Shown piece after piece: positions 11,088 to 38,892 of a DNA stretch of 64,000 nucleotides. The stretch's first letter is position 1. Each line of letters begins with the position of its first letter. This stretch comes from Lama guanicoe (Eukaryota). The translations under genes were made by a program, and so were the position numbers. Under the pieces are notes generated by a model. It worked only from the letters and a program-made list of their open reading frames with translations, had not been told where the DNA came from and ran no database searches. The DNA is taken from the NCBI GenBank assembly GCA_013239625.1, contig MU053504.1:2054607-2118606 (forward strand), read 5' to 3'.

Positions 11088-12444
11088 CAGGTTGGTCAAC
11101 TAATCTTCGACAAAGGAGGCAAGAATATACAATGGAATAAAGACAGTCTCTTCAGCAAATGGTGTTGGGAAAACTGGACAGCAGCATGTAAAGCAATGAA
11201 GTTAGAACACTCCCTTACACCATACACAAAAATCAGCTCAAAATGGAATAGGCAAAACCTGACATACATCTCAAAAATGTTCTCCTAGGGCAGTCTACCC
11301 AAGCAATTGAAATAAAAGCAGGAATAAACAAATGGGACCTAATGAAACTTACAAGCTTCTGCACAGCAAAGGAAACCATAAGTAAAACAAAATGACAACC
11401 TACAGAATGGGAGAAAATTTTTGCGAACGATGAAACAAAGGCTTGACCTCCAGAATATATAAGCAGCTCATACAACTTAATAAGAAAAAAAACCAAACAA
11501 CCCAATCCAAAAATGGCCAGAAGGCCTAAACAAGCAACTCTCCAAGGAAGAAATACAAATGGTCAATAGGCACATGAAAAAAATGCTCAATATCACTAAT
11601 CAGAGAAATGCAAATCAAAACTACAGTGAGGTATCACCTTACACCAATCAGAATGGCCGTCATTCAAAAGTTCCCAAATGACAAATGCTGGAGAGGCTGT
11701 GGAGAAAAGGGAACCCTCCTGCACTGCTGGTGGGAATGCAGTTTGGTGCAGCTACTGTGGAAAACAGTATGGAGATTCCTCAAAAAACTAGGAATAGACT
11801 TACCATATGACCCAAGAATCCCACTCCTGAGCATATATCCAGAAGGAACCCTACTTCAAAAAGACACCTGCACTCCAATGTTCACAGCAGCACTATTTAC
11901 AATAGCCAAGACATGGAAACAGCCTAAATGTCCACCAACAGATGACTGGATAAAGAAGATGTGGTATATTTATACAATGGAATACTATTCAGCCATAAAA
12001 ACCGAAAAACCGACAATGCCATTTGCAGCAACATGGATGTTCCTGGAGAATGTCATTCTAAGTGAAGTAAGCCAGAAAGAGAAAGAAAAATACCACATGA
12101 GATCGCTTGTTGGTGGAATCAAAAAAAAAAAAAGAACATAAATACAAAACAGAAACAAACTCTTAGACATAGAATACAAACTTGTATTTGCCAAGGGGGC
12201 GGGGGGGTAGGAAGGGATAGACTGGGAGTTCAAAATTTGTAGATACGGACAGACATATGCAGAATAGATAAACAAGATTATACTATATAGCACAGGGAAA
12301 TATATACAAGATCTTGTGGTAGCTCAGAGTGAAAAAGAATGTGACAAAGAATATATGTATGTTCATGTATAACTGAAAAATTGTGCTGTACAGTGGAATT
12401 TGACACAGCATTGTAAAATGACTATAACTCAATAAAAAATGTTT
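11088..12444 (+). mobile_element. 5'-truncated lineage-specific L1 (ORF2 C-terminus + 3' UTR) with 11-bp TSD
   Basis: ORF2 remnants [28 protein letters not shown] and [18 protein letters not shown] (ORF 11608-12141); 3' UTR ending caataaaaaa; AAAAAAATTCA at 11077-11087 and 12445-12455. Confidence 0.92.
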
Positions 12445-13984
12445 AAAAAAATTCATATGCATGTGTCCTTAGCTTCCTCCCTTTGCCTGTCCTGCTTCCA
12501 CCATCCCTTTGTTGGTCTCCTCTGGGAGAACATCCTTAATAGGTCGCTTGAACATGAAGCCTCATCTCTGGGAACCAGATCTACTACAGACATAGAGGGC
12601 TTCAGTCCTCCTGGGGCCCCAGCATAGACAGGCTGAAGAGCCGTCAACTCCTCCCTCTGTGGTTCAGATAAAAGGGCCTGGGTCTCTCTGCCCACCCCTA
12701 CTCGTCCCCAAATCCCCCTGAACAGAAGAGACGTCATCATGGGGACTGACAGCAGCAGAGAGCATGCCTCCAGGACAGAATCCCCTGAGACTCCTGCTAG
12801 CTGACCAGCCGGGGGCAGAGAGTGAGGCATCCTGTCACACCCGCAGTCCATTTTACTCTCTCTTCTCTCATTCGAGGAGGATTTGGAGAAGAATGGGGAT
12901 GGACAGAGAGACCCAGGCTTCCATCTTGAACCAGCAGCACAACTGGAGATTCCAAAAGAGAATGTGGATCCTGAGAAAGGGGAAATTAGGAAGATATACA
13001 TCTACCCATGGTAAAGGAAACAGACCTGATGAGGAGGAAGAGAGGGCAACTAAGAAAGCCTGGGAGGGCACAGGGGCAGGACGACACCAAAGGTGCAGCC
13101 TGGCCTGAATGAGCTGGGGGCCAGGGAAGCAGAGCGACTTCCAGGGCACCAGACTGTGGGCGCATAGGGGAGGGGGCTTCGGTGCACTGGCCAACTCCTA
13201 TTCACACTGCAGGCTGCGGCCTTCGTGTCTTCTTGTCCGGGAGTCCTCCCTGACTCGACGCTGGTTACTGTCCCCTGCACTATCCTTCTCGCTGCACCAA
13301 ACTCCTACAGCAATGCAGGTGCCCATTTCCCTGTCTCTCTCCTCCAGACCCTGAGTTCTGTGGGGTCTGACACTATGTTCATCGCATGGCTGAGGACCTG
13401 GCACACAGCTGATGCTAATAAAATGAGAGGGACATGTAGCCTAAAGGCCATGGAGGGACTGGAGTCATCCTTGCAAGGTGGACGCCTCCCAAACCCAGAT
13501 AAGCCATGTCCAAACATGTCAGAGGAATTTCCTGCTGAAATCTTAGAGCAACTATTTATTTACATTTGGAGGGTGCAGGGGGAGGCTGCGGTGGTTGGAC
13601 CAAAATTGAAGAAGATGGATTCTTGAAGTGCCACCCATCAGCTCGGTGTTCAAGCCTGATGACACTGCGGGAAAGATGATTTATCAAGTGATGTGTTGGT
13701 GTCACTCTCCAGAGGGGCGCTGGGAAGTATCCTGGGAAGAAAGCCAGTGAGAAATCTTTGAAGTGCTCATGGAATGGGCAACATCCACCATCTGTAAACA
13801 GGACTCATTCTAAAGAGTGACCCGGGACAAGGTGACTATAAACATTCTGGTAGGAGTCTAACAGCAGATATAAACCCTTAAAGTCCTTTTGAGCAGATAC
13901 CCAGGGGTAGAATTTCAGGGTCATAGGAAAAGGTTATCTTAGCTTTAATAGATAATGTCACACAGTTTTCCAAAATCATCATAG

Positions 13985-14241
13985 ATTCTGTGTCGTTCCT
14001 GCATAAAGTTCAAAAACAAACCAACCCATGATGTTAGAAGTCAAGATAGTAATAGCCTTTGGGGGCTTGCAACTAGGAGGGGCACAAAGGAGACTCGAGG
14101 GGCGGGTAGCAGTCTGTGTCTTGATCTGGGTGCTGGTTACATGGGTGTATTCACTTTGTGAAAAGTCACTGAGCTGTACACTTACAATGTATGTACATTT
14201 CTCTATGTGTGCTACCCTTGAATTAAAAGTTTATTTAAAAA
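13985..14241 (+). mobile_element. Old L1 (L1ME-like) 3' end
   Basis: cttgatctgggtgctggttacatgggtgtattcactttgtgaaaa...ctgtacacttac. Confidence 0.7.
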
Positions 14242-14804
14242 TTTCGAGGAGCCTCAGACCACTAGTGATGGATACAACTAACCCCTCTGAGAACCCTCCA
14301 GTCCCAGGTGGACCTACACCCCCTTGGAGGTAGGTGAACAGAAGCAGATGGAGACTCCAAGATAAATGTTCCCAAATCCCACAGTAGCCACCCCTTCTTG
14401 GCCACCCATGGTCCTCCCCTCATCCTCTCTTCCCCAGAACATCCAGCTGCATTTGGCTTGCTCTCTCCCTGTTCCATCTGTGGTGTTAGCCCACACTTTC
14501 CACCTTCCCACTTGACAGCAATGTAGAAAAACCAGTGCTTACTAAGTGCTCACCTACCACCTGCCAAGCACAGTGCTGGGTCATGTGGGCAGCAGAGGTG
14601 ATCAGCACCCAGAGCCACAGGGAGGGGCACAGATTGTTTGAGCGTAAGGTAGTTTATGCTAAATGTCATGTAATTTGCACCCATTGCCACCTCCAGCTGG
14701 CAGTCTCCCAGAATAAACCCCACTCACATTTGAATTCTCTGTGTTCCAGTCCAGCAGTTTGGGTTGCAAGAAAGACTCACTCCAGTTATGCCATAGAATG
14801 GATG

Positions 14805-14810
14805 TTTATT
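14805..14810 (-). terminator. Probable SIGLEC1 polyadenylation signal AATAAA
   Basis: First AATAAA I found on the minus strand after the stop at 16319 (about 1.5 kb 3' UTR), followed by a GU/U-rich tract (gagtgagtctttcttg). Confidence 0.7.
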
Positions 14811-15554
14811 GGGAGGACATGCTGGGTGGGCTCCCAGGAAGAGTCTGGCAATCAGGCACTAATAGGAATGTAACTGGGGACCTGGAAGGGTCCAACCACG
14901 GCCACACGAAGCTCCTCCAACTTTTTCCCAACCCGTTAGTTCCTGTGCCAACTCCCCACTTCTCTCCATGCATCTCAACCCAAATCCCAGAGCAGTAGTC
15001 TCTTTGCTCCTCCCTCCATCAGCCCCCAGGCTACCAGAGGAGTCACTAGCCCACCTGAGAACTGATTCCCCTCAGGCAGTGACTTCCCAGGAGCGCAATA
15101 CTGTTCCTTAGTGACCCTGGTTTGTCTTAACAGCCCCTGGTACGCAAGCCTCCAGGAAGAAGACGTGAGCTCACTTGATCATGGAAAGGAATGCCCTTGG
15201 AGCAGAAACAGGGGTGCTGATGCTGTCTTCTCCCCACACTCTCTGGGGGTTGGGAGGGTGGGAATGGAGCATCTCTTCTTTTAGGGTTCAGATCTGGCAC
15301 AAGATACCCATTCAGGCAACCTGATCACCTGGCATTCCCTCTCCCTAGGGACCATGAAACCATCTTGATCTCCTTCAGTCTTACTGTGTGAGAGGAACTA
15401 CCTCTTCCAGGAAGCCCATGATCAGAATGGCCACGGATATGCCCCTGGCCTTCAGCAGATGGGCACTGAGACAAAGTGTGGCCTGCTGGCAGCATTCTTA
15501 TCAATGTCCAAAGTCTCAGGGATGAGTCCATAGTTGCGAGTCCTTTGGAAATAG

Positions 15555-15947
15555 AATAAAAACTACATTTCCCAGAATCCCTTGCAGCTTGGCCTGGCCA
15601 TATGACTAAATTCTAGCCAAAAGGAAGTGAATGGAAATAACACTGGCAACTTCTGGGTCATATCCACAATGGGAATGGGTATGTCTTTAACTTCTGCTCT
15701 TCCCTCTTCGTGCTGGAGGGATTGTGAATACAACATAGTCATCCTTGTGATGTGTTGTCTTGCAATCAAAAGCAACATTTGAGGTACAGAGAAAAACAAG
15801 ATAAGAAGGATCCAGAGCTCCAATACTGTAAACACCATACTGTACTCGAACTAGTTTGGGAGATAAAAATCAAATTCTCTCCTATTGAAGTTACTGTATT
15901 GGTCTCTTTTTAGCGCAGCCTACCTAGTTTATATTCTAGTTAATACA
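15555..15947 (+). mobile_element. MaLR/ERVL-class solo LTR inside SIGLEC1 3' UTR
   Basis: actacatttcccagaatcccttgcagct...catatgactaaattctagccaa... ending taataca, typical of MLT1/LTR16-like LTRs. Confidence 0.65.
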
Positions 15948-16318
15948 GAGTGCTTTGAGCAGCCTGCGAGGATGTAGAAAACTCTTCTTCTATTCTAACC
16001 CATCTAAAAAGTCCATGGTGGGCTTGGAGGAGAATGATGTGAAGAGGCTGTGCATTGGAAGATGAAGGCAGAGATGAGATCCAGAAGAAAGAGAGAAATG
16101 GACAACAGAATCCAGTCATTTGTCTTCAGAGTCCCCCTGGGTCGACTGGGGTTCACCTCCACCTTTCACCATCCATTTTTCTTGGCGTTTGGAGCCAGGT
16201 TATAGACAGTCAGATGCGGCAGAGCTGTTTTCACAGATGCAGGCAGGACCCAGCGCGGGGTCTGAGTCATTACAGATTCTGGTAACCTTCTCCTCCTGAA
16301 GGCAGGCAATGCCACAGG

Positions 16319-31989
<15,671 letters not shown>

Positions 31990-33129
31990 AGGTCCTCACA
32001 CTGGTTCTGGTGCCCAAGAGCGTGGGGCACACTCTGCTGGCTGAGCAGCCAGGGGTCTCCTAGGGAACCTTGGGGCACCTCGGCCTCAGAGCCTGCTAGG
32101 AGTCCAGCCCTGGATCCACACACACGATGCTGGTCAGCCCAGTGAGAGGGCAGGGCAGCTGCCCACAGGGAGCCAGGAGCCCAAGTTCCCTGTTCAGGCT
32201 GTGCCCAGGAATGCCCTCACTGGGTGGCATGCCCCAGAAAATCTGTCTCTTGGTCCCACCCTAAGTTCTGCTTTCCTAGTCTCTCAAAGATGAACAGCTG
32301 TTTCTCCCTTTCCCCCACTTCCCTGTCCCCTCCCTGTCACCCAAGCCAACAGGAACTGGAGCCCAGAGAGGCCCAGTGACTTACTCCAAGGAACCCAGCA
32401 AAAAATGACAGTTTCTTAATTGAGACTTGTCTCCCTACCACCAGCCTTACCAGCTATAGACCATAATAGGGCTTGACTGGACACTTATCAAAGTGCTGCC
32501 TTTAAGAGTCACTCCCCTGCTCAAAAACCTTCCATGGCTCCCAGTTGCTCATGAGATGTGGTTCCTAATACAACCCTGAAAGGTCCTCATTTCCTACTCC
32601 CAGCTCTGCCCCGATTCTTTCTCTGCCCACCCTGGGGCCAGTCCGATCTGCCCATGGCTCTCCAGATGACCAGCTCTGTCCTCCCCACAAACAATATTTG
32701 CCTCCTAAATCTTATTCAGTCTTCAAGGTAGAGCTTGAATGTGGCTTCTTGCTGAAACTTCCCCTTTGGGGTCTCTGTCTGCCTCAGAGCCATCTGTGCT
32801 TGCCTTAGCCTTGGTAGCTTGGGAGCACCCATTTCTCAGGACCTGGGACTGAGGCCATGTATCTTGCAGCAATGCAGAGTTCCCCAGCCCTTACAGTGTT
32901 GGGCAAGAGAAGGGTGTGGTCCTTGGGGGTTTAAAGTTGGTGGCAGAGCAAGTCTAAGTGTGACAGGTGGCACAAGAACCCTGCCCAATAAATACCCCAC
33001 AAACATGAGTTAAGTGCCTACTGTATACCAGGGACAAGAAGGCAGGCCATGGGGTGCCCCTGGTGGGGATGGGGGCTCTAAGAGGCATCATAGATATGAA
33101 TCCAAAGCAGGGAGATACCAGAAGCACAT

Positions 33130-34260
33130 ATAATTAAAACTATGAAACTGTTAGAAGAAAACAAGGATAAAAATCTTCATGACCTGATATCAGGCAAATA
33201 TTTCAAAAGCACAAGCAAAAAAAGAAAAAATAGATGAACTGGACTTGATCAAAATGCAAAACTTCTGTGCATCAAAGGACATTATCAGGAGAGTGAAAAG
33301 TCAACCCATGGAATGGGAGAAAATATTTGCATATCATGTATTGGATAAGGGATTAATATCTAGAATATATAAAGAGTTCCTACAACTCAACCACAACAAA
33401 ACCCCCCGACAACCCAAATTTAAAAAATGGGCTTGGACTTGAATAGACATTTCTCCAGAGATGATATATGAATGGCCAACAAGCCCATGAAGAGACATTC
33501 AGCATCCCTGGTCATTAGGGAGATACAAGTCCAAACCACAATGAGCTACCACTTCACATCCATCAGAACAGCTATAAACCAACAAAACCAGACAATAACA
33601 AATGCTGGCGAGGATGTGGAGAAATTGGAAGCCTCGTGTACTATTGGTGGGGATGTAAAATGGTGCAGCCCCTGTGGAAAATAATTTGGTGTTTCCTCAG
33701 AAAGTCCAGCATAGGTTACCACAAGATCCAGCAACTCCACTCCTAGGCACATACCGCCAAAGAATTGAAATCAGAGACTTAAGCAGATACTTGTACACAT
33801 GTTCACAGCCACATTATTCATAGTAGCCATAAAGTAGAAGCAAAAACATGTGGTATACCCATACAATGGAATATTACTCAGCCATAAGAAGGAATGAAGT
33901 TCCAGCAAGTGTTAACAACATGGATGAACCTTGAAAGCATAATGCTAAGTGAAGTAAGGCAGGCACAAAAGGGCAAGTGATATACGAGTCCACTTATACG
34001 AGCTACCTAGAACAGGCAAATTCATAGAGACAGAAAGTACAATAGAGGTTACCAGGGGCTGGAGAGAGGAGGGAATGGGGAGTTAATGTTCAATAGGTGA
34101 AACATTAAATTTTGGATGATGAATGATGAAAAAGTTCTGGAAATAGTAAAATGGTTACACAGTATTGTGAATGTATTTGGTGCCACTGAATTGTACACTT
34201 AAAAAGGGTTGAAATGGTCAATTTTTTTGTTATGTATATTTGACCACATACACATATAAA
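33130..34260 (+). mobile_element. L1MB-like LINE 3' fragment in SIGLEC1 intron 1 (antisense to gene)
   Basis: ORF2 remnants (IKMQNFCASKDIIRRVKSQPMEWEKIF; MANKPMKRHSASLVIREIQVQTTMSYHFT) and 3' UTR ending tgccactgaattgtacacttaaaa...gttatgtatattt. Confidence 0.88.
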
Positions 34261-35676
34261 AACCCATGTTGCCAACCTTGCAGTCCTCCCTGGTTCTAAA
34301 TGCTGACTCTGCAGAGTGAGGGGGAGGGCCTGGGGAGGCTGGAAGTGGGGACAGGAAACTCATGACATCTCCCGGTCCCCAGTGCATCTGCCTCAGTGGT
34401 GGGGCCCCGCTGATTCTGGTGGTTACCAGGGGGCACACGTGGGGAGAGGCTGAACAGACACCCAGGGCCTGGATGGGGCCTGAATTGCCTGTCAGGACAA
34501 CACAGTACTTAGACAAGTGTGAAGGGGAGAGGGAGGTCACTGTAGGGAGCCTGGCAAAGGTAGAACTGTGAGAAGGTCAGGCAGAGCCCATTCCTCGGGA
34601 GACCTGGGCCCCAGGTTGGGCTGCTCTGCAGACAGGTCTGCTGTTTGGCTGAGGCCCAGTGGCTCATCCTCAGTCCTTTGAGCAGTCCTAGTCCGGCTCC
34701 TCTCCCAGGAAGATGTACCCACATCCTCCACACCTGGTCCTTGGCCACAGGAGAAGCCCATACTGGCCCAGGCTGGGCCCCATGTCCTGGATGCTGGGCT
34801 GAACGGCAGCCCGCTGGGCATGTTTGGGGAGGACAGATGTGGCTCTGGGGCCCAGGGTCAACTCCTCTACAGCCAGGACAGCACCAAGGCTCATGTTGTC
34901 CCAGCTCCCCTGCTGTTCCCATTTGGGGCCATGGAAAGGACAAAGCTGAACCTCCACGAGGAATGGTGGGATTTTAGAATACTGACCCCAGAATGGAGCA
35001 GAGAGTTTTGAGAGGACCCTTTCTAGCACTGCCCCAAGTCACCTCATGTAGATGTCACCTACACTTAGCCCAGCCCCAATATCTAAGAGGTCAGTCCCAT
35101 CAGAGTCCAGCTTACCTGCTCTGCCTGTTCCACCCCAAAGACCAGCCTCAGCCTAGAGAACTTTGCTGGAAAAAAAGAGAAGGCAAAAAGAAGCCCAGGA
35201 AGGGAGCCCTTGGTCCCTGTTTAAAGCCTGGTGTTGAGGGGGAGGTGCCCGCCTAGGGCTTGAGTGGGGCTGGGTGTCCTGGGGGGCACAGAGGGACAGA
35301 GGGATGATCGCAGGTCTGGGGAGGGGTGGCTGTACTAGGGGGCAGGGAGCACTGCAGCCCTTAGGCAATGACCACTTGGGAGAGCAGAATTCCCTGGTTC
35401 AAGCTCATATCTCCAAGTCTCAGGTGCTCCGAAGCCCAGTTCCCACTCGCGGAATCAGCAGACGCGGCGTCAGGATTGGGGCAGACGCCCATTTACTGCC
35501 TGGGTGAGAGCAAGTGAGTGAGTGAAGTCTGAGCACAGCCAAGTGTCCCAGGACATCTGGGAGGGCAGGCTAGGGCCTCAAGTCCCTGACATCAGATCCC
35601 AGAGTCCAAGCCTGGCCTAGGGAAGAAAGGTCAGAGGCAGGGTAGCTGCAGACAGCTGCGCCTGGGTGCAGGATTC

Positions 35677-35820
35677 GGTTTCTATTTCCTAGTACGGGGG
35701 CTTCTCCTCAACTTCCCTATTCAGGCTGGAGAAGCAGGGAAATAGCATAACACAGCCAGCTGGAGTGCTCGGCTCTGCAGATCGGAAATCAGGTACAGAT
35801 GGGCAATTCTGGGAGGAAGT
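35677..35820. promoter_or_regulatory. Candidate interferon-responsive/myeloid enhancer in SIGLEC1 intron 1
   Basis: ISRE-like AGGAAATAGAAACC (minus strand, 35677-35690) and PU.1 core GAGGAAGT (35813-35820). Confidence 0.55.
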
Positions 35821-36434
35821 TGTCTTCATAATACTGGGAAGCCCCAAACAGAGGCCAGACATCTAACTCAAAAAGCCACATAATTCAAAATTAGGCCTAT
35901 TGGCTTTAAAATGGGCAGTAGATGTTTCACAGTTCATTCTTTAATCTAGCTGTAAGTGCTCTTAGCCTGAGTGCCCGTCCCTCCAGGCTATGCTGGATGG
36001 GGCTGGGGACCATCACTCAGGTGAATGAAGTGGTGATGAATGAAGCGGAGTGAGGGGAGATGAGGTTGCAGTTGGGTTGGGGTGAAGGTGATGGGTAGGC
36101 TGCAGTTTGGAATGGAATTAGGGTTGACATGGAGGTGAGAGTGATGGGTTGGGTGAGGGTTAAGGTCAGGGCTGGGGCTGGATGGAGATGATGATTACTA
36201 AGCAGCTGGGGGTGAGATGGGTGAGGTAGGATTGAAATAAATAACTGGCTGGGCAAGGCAGGAGTCAGGATGATGGCTAGGATGGGGATGGGGATGGTGA
36301 TGTAAGTTGGGGAAGATTGGGGGTTGCAGAAGGGTTTGGGTTGTGAGGGCAGCTTTGAGTAGGGTCTTGGGCTTGGACAGCCAGATGGCCCCCAGCAAAT
36401 TTCAGCCCAGCCCCGCTCCCAAGCCTCTGCTCAC

Positions 36435-36570
36435 CCTCCAGGCCCAGGGATGGTAATATCTGCTCCACGAACCGCAGGAGAGGAGGACAGAGAGGAGGAT
36501 CAGGAGCCTGTAGAGCTGCTCCCTCTCCAGGGGGTTGCTTCCTCTTTTCCCAAAGCCTCAGCTCTACTGC
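36435..36570 (-). other. SIGLEC1: Probable non-coding exon 1 of SIGLEC1 (5' end approximate)
   Basis: Good donor GAGG|gtgagc at 36434; PU.1-type AAAGAGGAAG at 36538-36547 and C/EBP-like TTGTGCAA at 36608-36615; no upstream ATG in the exon. Confidence 0.55.
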
Positions 36571-37647
36571 GCAGCCCAGAGGCTGGTCAGGGAGGAAGCT
36601 GCTGGCCTTGCACAACACCAAGACAGGAAAGACCTCCCAGGCAGGGGAAGGCCCTGGCAAGGCCTGGGACCCTGGGACTTGAGCAAGCAGAAGTGGGACC
36701 TAGGGCCATGCGGGAGCCTCCTCTCAGGCAAAGTGGGAAATGAGAGGTCCTGCTCACCAGCCACATCCATACCCCTCTCTTTTTGGGGCCACTCGGTCTT
36801 TTTAGGAGTCTGAGAGGAGGAATATGTTCCTTTTGACAGCAAGGAAGGAGCCAAGCTCAGCCCAGTGTAGGGGAGCATGACAGGCACACAGACCAAGGCA
36901 CTGATTTTCCAAGCCCTTTGGGAGCCTCCAGTTCCCCCATTGCACCTGGTGACTCTGGGGACAACCTTCCAAGAAGTGGGCTCTAGTCGTGGAGGACACA
37001 GGGCCCCAACCTCAGGCTGGAGGAGTGTTTCTAATCCTTTGCCCCTTCTCCACTGCCCTCTCCCCACCTCACTGCACTCAGGATTTGAGCAGCACCCTCA
37101 CTCCCACTGAAGCAGAAGAGGAAAGACCCTGCCACAGCTGTGATACCGTCATGGCATTGAGGCCGTTTTAGCAAGGGCCTCCTATGTGCCAGACACTTGA
37201 CATACAGGGCAGATGTTAATTGCTCCAAGCAATCCTGGATACAAGTGACAACACATTTCTTGGTTTCACAATTCAAATTGAATTCAACTCAGCCCTAGCC
37301 TATCTGTGGTGGTGGGGAGCCTCGCCTGATCAGGCCTCCTGTACCCTATGGGAAAACTCACATGTGCAGATCAAAAAGGATACGAAACCTTGAATCGGGA
37401 TGGATGGGGATCCCAGGCCACAGTGGCCCACAGCAGATGTCTCCTGATATTTATACATTTCTACCCTGAAATCCTCAGGGCCCAGAGAGATGAGGTCTCT
37501 CAGTCTGCCCTCTCTGCAGCACCTCTATCCCTTCCAACCTTGGGTCATTTCCTTTTTTGACCAAAACACAATGGGGTGATTCCCTTGCTTCCTCTTCCAA
37601 CCTCAACATAAGACTTGTTGGCCCAGGGACTCCCCCATCTCTAGGCC

Positions 37648-38067
37648 TGTGTGAGTGTGACTTAACTGGCCCCAGTCCTTCAGTCCATTCTAGAGTATAT
37701 ACATCTTCCCCATGGCTTCATGGTGGAAAAAGCATATTCCTTCATCCCTTGATTTGGATCTTAGCCACGTAACTTACTCTAGCCAATAGAAGTGCACGAA
37801 CGTGACATAAACAGTCTTGAAATGTGCTTGCATAGCTGGCCTTGCCCTCTTGCACTTCTGCTGTTGCCATGCAAAGGATATACTCCAGCTAACCTGCTGG
37901 TCCAAAGAGGATGAGAGACATGTGGAACAGACCTGACCCAAACCCACGGGCTGAATCCAGCCAAAGTCAGCCAGACCTGAGCCATCCTGCTCAGGACTAC
38001 ATGTTTATTGTTGGATGCTACTGAGAATTCTGTGGTTGCTTGTGAGCTACTGCAGTAAACTGATACA
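37648..38067 (+). mobile_element. MLT1-type MaLR solo LTR
   Basis: cacgtaacttactctagccaatagaagtg...atgtttattgttggatgctactgagaattctgtggttgcttgt...aaactgataca. Confidence 0.75.
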
Positions 38068-38369
38068 AGATCTAAATCTCAGAACAGGGAACTTGCTTGC
38101 CTCTCCTTGGGGTAAGGAGAAAAAAGACTGGTCGGCTTTGCCTGGTTGGGGAACATTACCTTTCATTGTTTCTGAGCCAACAGCTACCAAAATAAATTTT
38201 AAAATAAAAATTTCCTAGATAATTTCTCAATAGGTCTCACAGCTACACATACTTTTAACTTTCACAGACACTCTGAAGTAGGCACTATTAGTCTCAATCC
38301 AGATGAGAGAATCAAGGCACAGGGATGTTAGGAGATTTGTCCAAGGCAAACATTTTTGGCAGCAAGAAA

Positions 38370-38875
38370 AAAAAAAAAACAAAGACCTCATCAAAGAGAT
38401 ATACAGATGGAAAATAAGCACATAAAGATGCTCCAGATCAATATAATCAGAGAATTGCAAGTTAAAACAACAGGGAGGCACCACTACACATCTATTAAAA
38501 CGGCCAAATCCAGAACACTGACAACATGAAATACTGGCAAGAGTGTGGAGCAACAGGAACTCTCATTTGTTACTGATGGGAATGCAAAAAGGTACAGCCA
38601 CTATGAAAGACAGTTCGGCGGTTTCTTACAAAATGAGGCATACTCTTACCATACCATCCAGTAATTGTGCCCCTTGGTATTTGTCCAATTGAATTGAAAC
38701 TTACACTCACACAAATGTGTTTACAGTAGTTTTATTCATAACTGCCAAAACTTAGAAGCAACCAGAATGTCCTTCAGTGGGTGAATGGGTAAATAAAATG
38801 AATCCAGACCATGTAATATTCTTCAGAGAAATGAGCTATCTATCAAGCCACAAAAAGACATGAAAGGACTTTAAA
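38370..38875 (+). mobile_element. Old L1 (L1MC-like) ORF2-end fragment
   Basis: atatacagatggaaaataagcacataaagatgctc...gtggagcaacaggaactctcatt...caaaacttagaagcaacc. Confidence 0.8.
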
Positions 38876-38892
38876 TTAAAAATTCCATCTCC

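Noticed and set aside
11608..12141. 177-aa ORF as an independent gene
   Set aside because: It is the L1 ORF2 C-terminus of a 5'-truncated insertion
13707..13722. CTCF-like ccagaggggcgctg
   Set aside because: An extra G breaks the core spacing; much weaker than 40285
32461..32470. Perfect CArG boxes (CCATAATAGG here; CCAAATTTGG at 17208-17217)
   Set aside because: A few are expected by chance in 64 kb and neither is near the ADAM33 promoter
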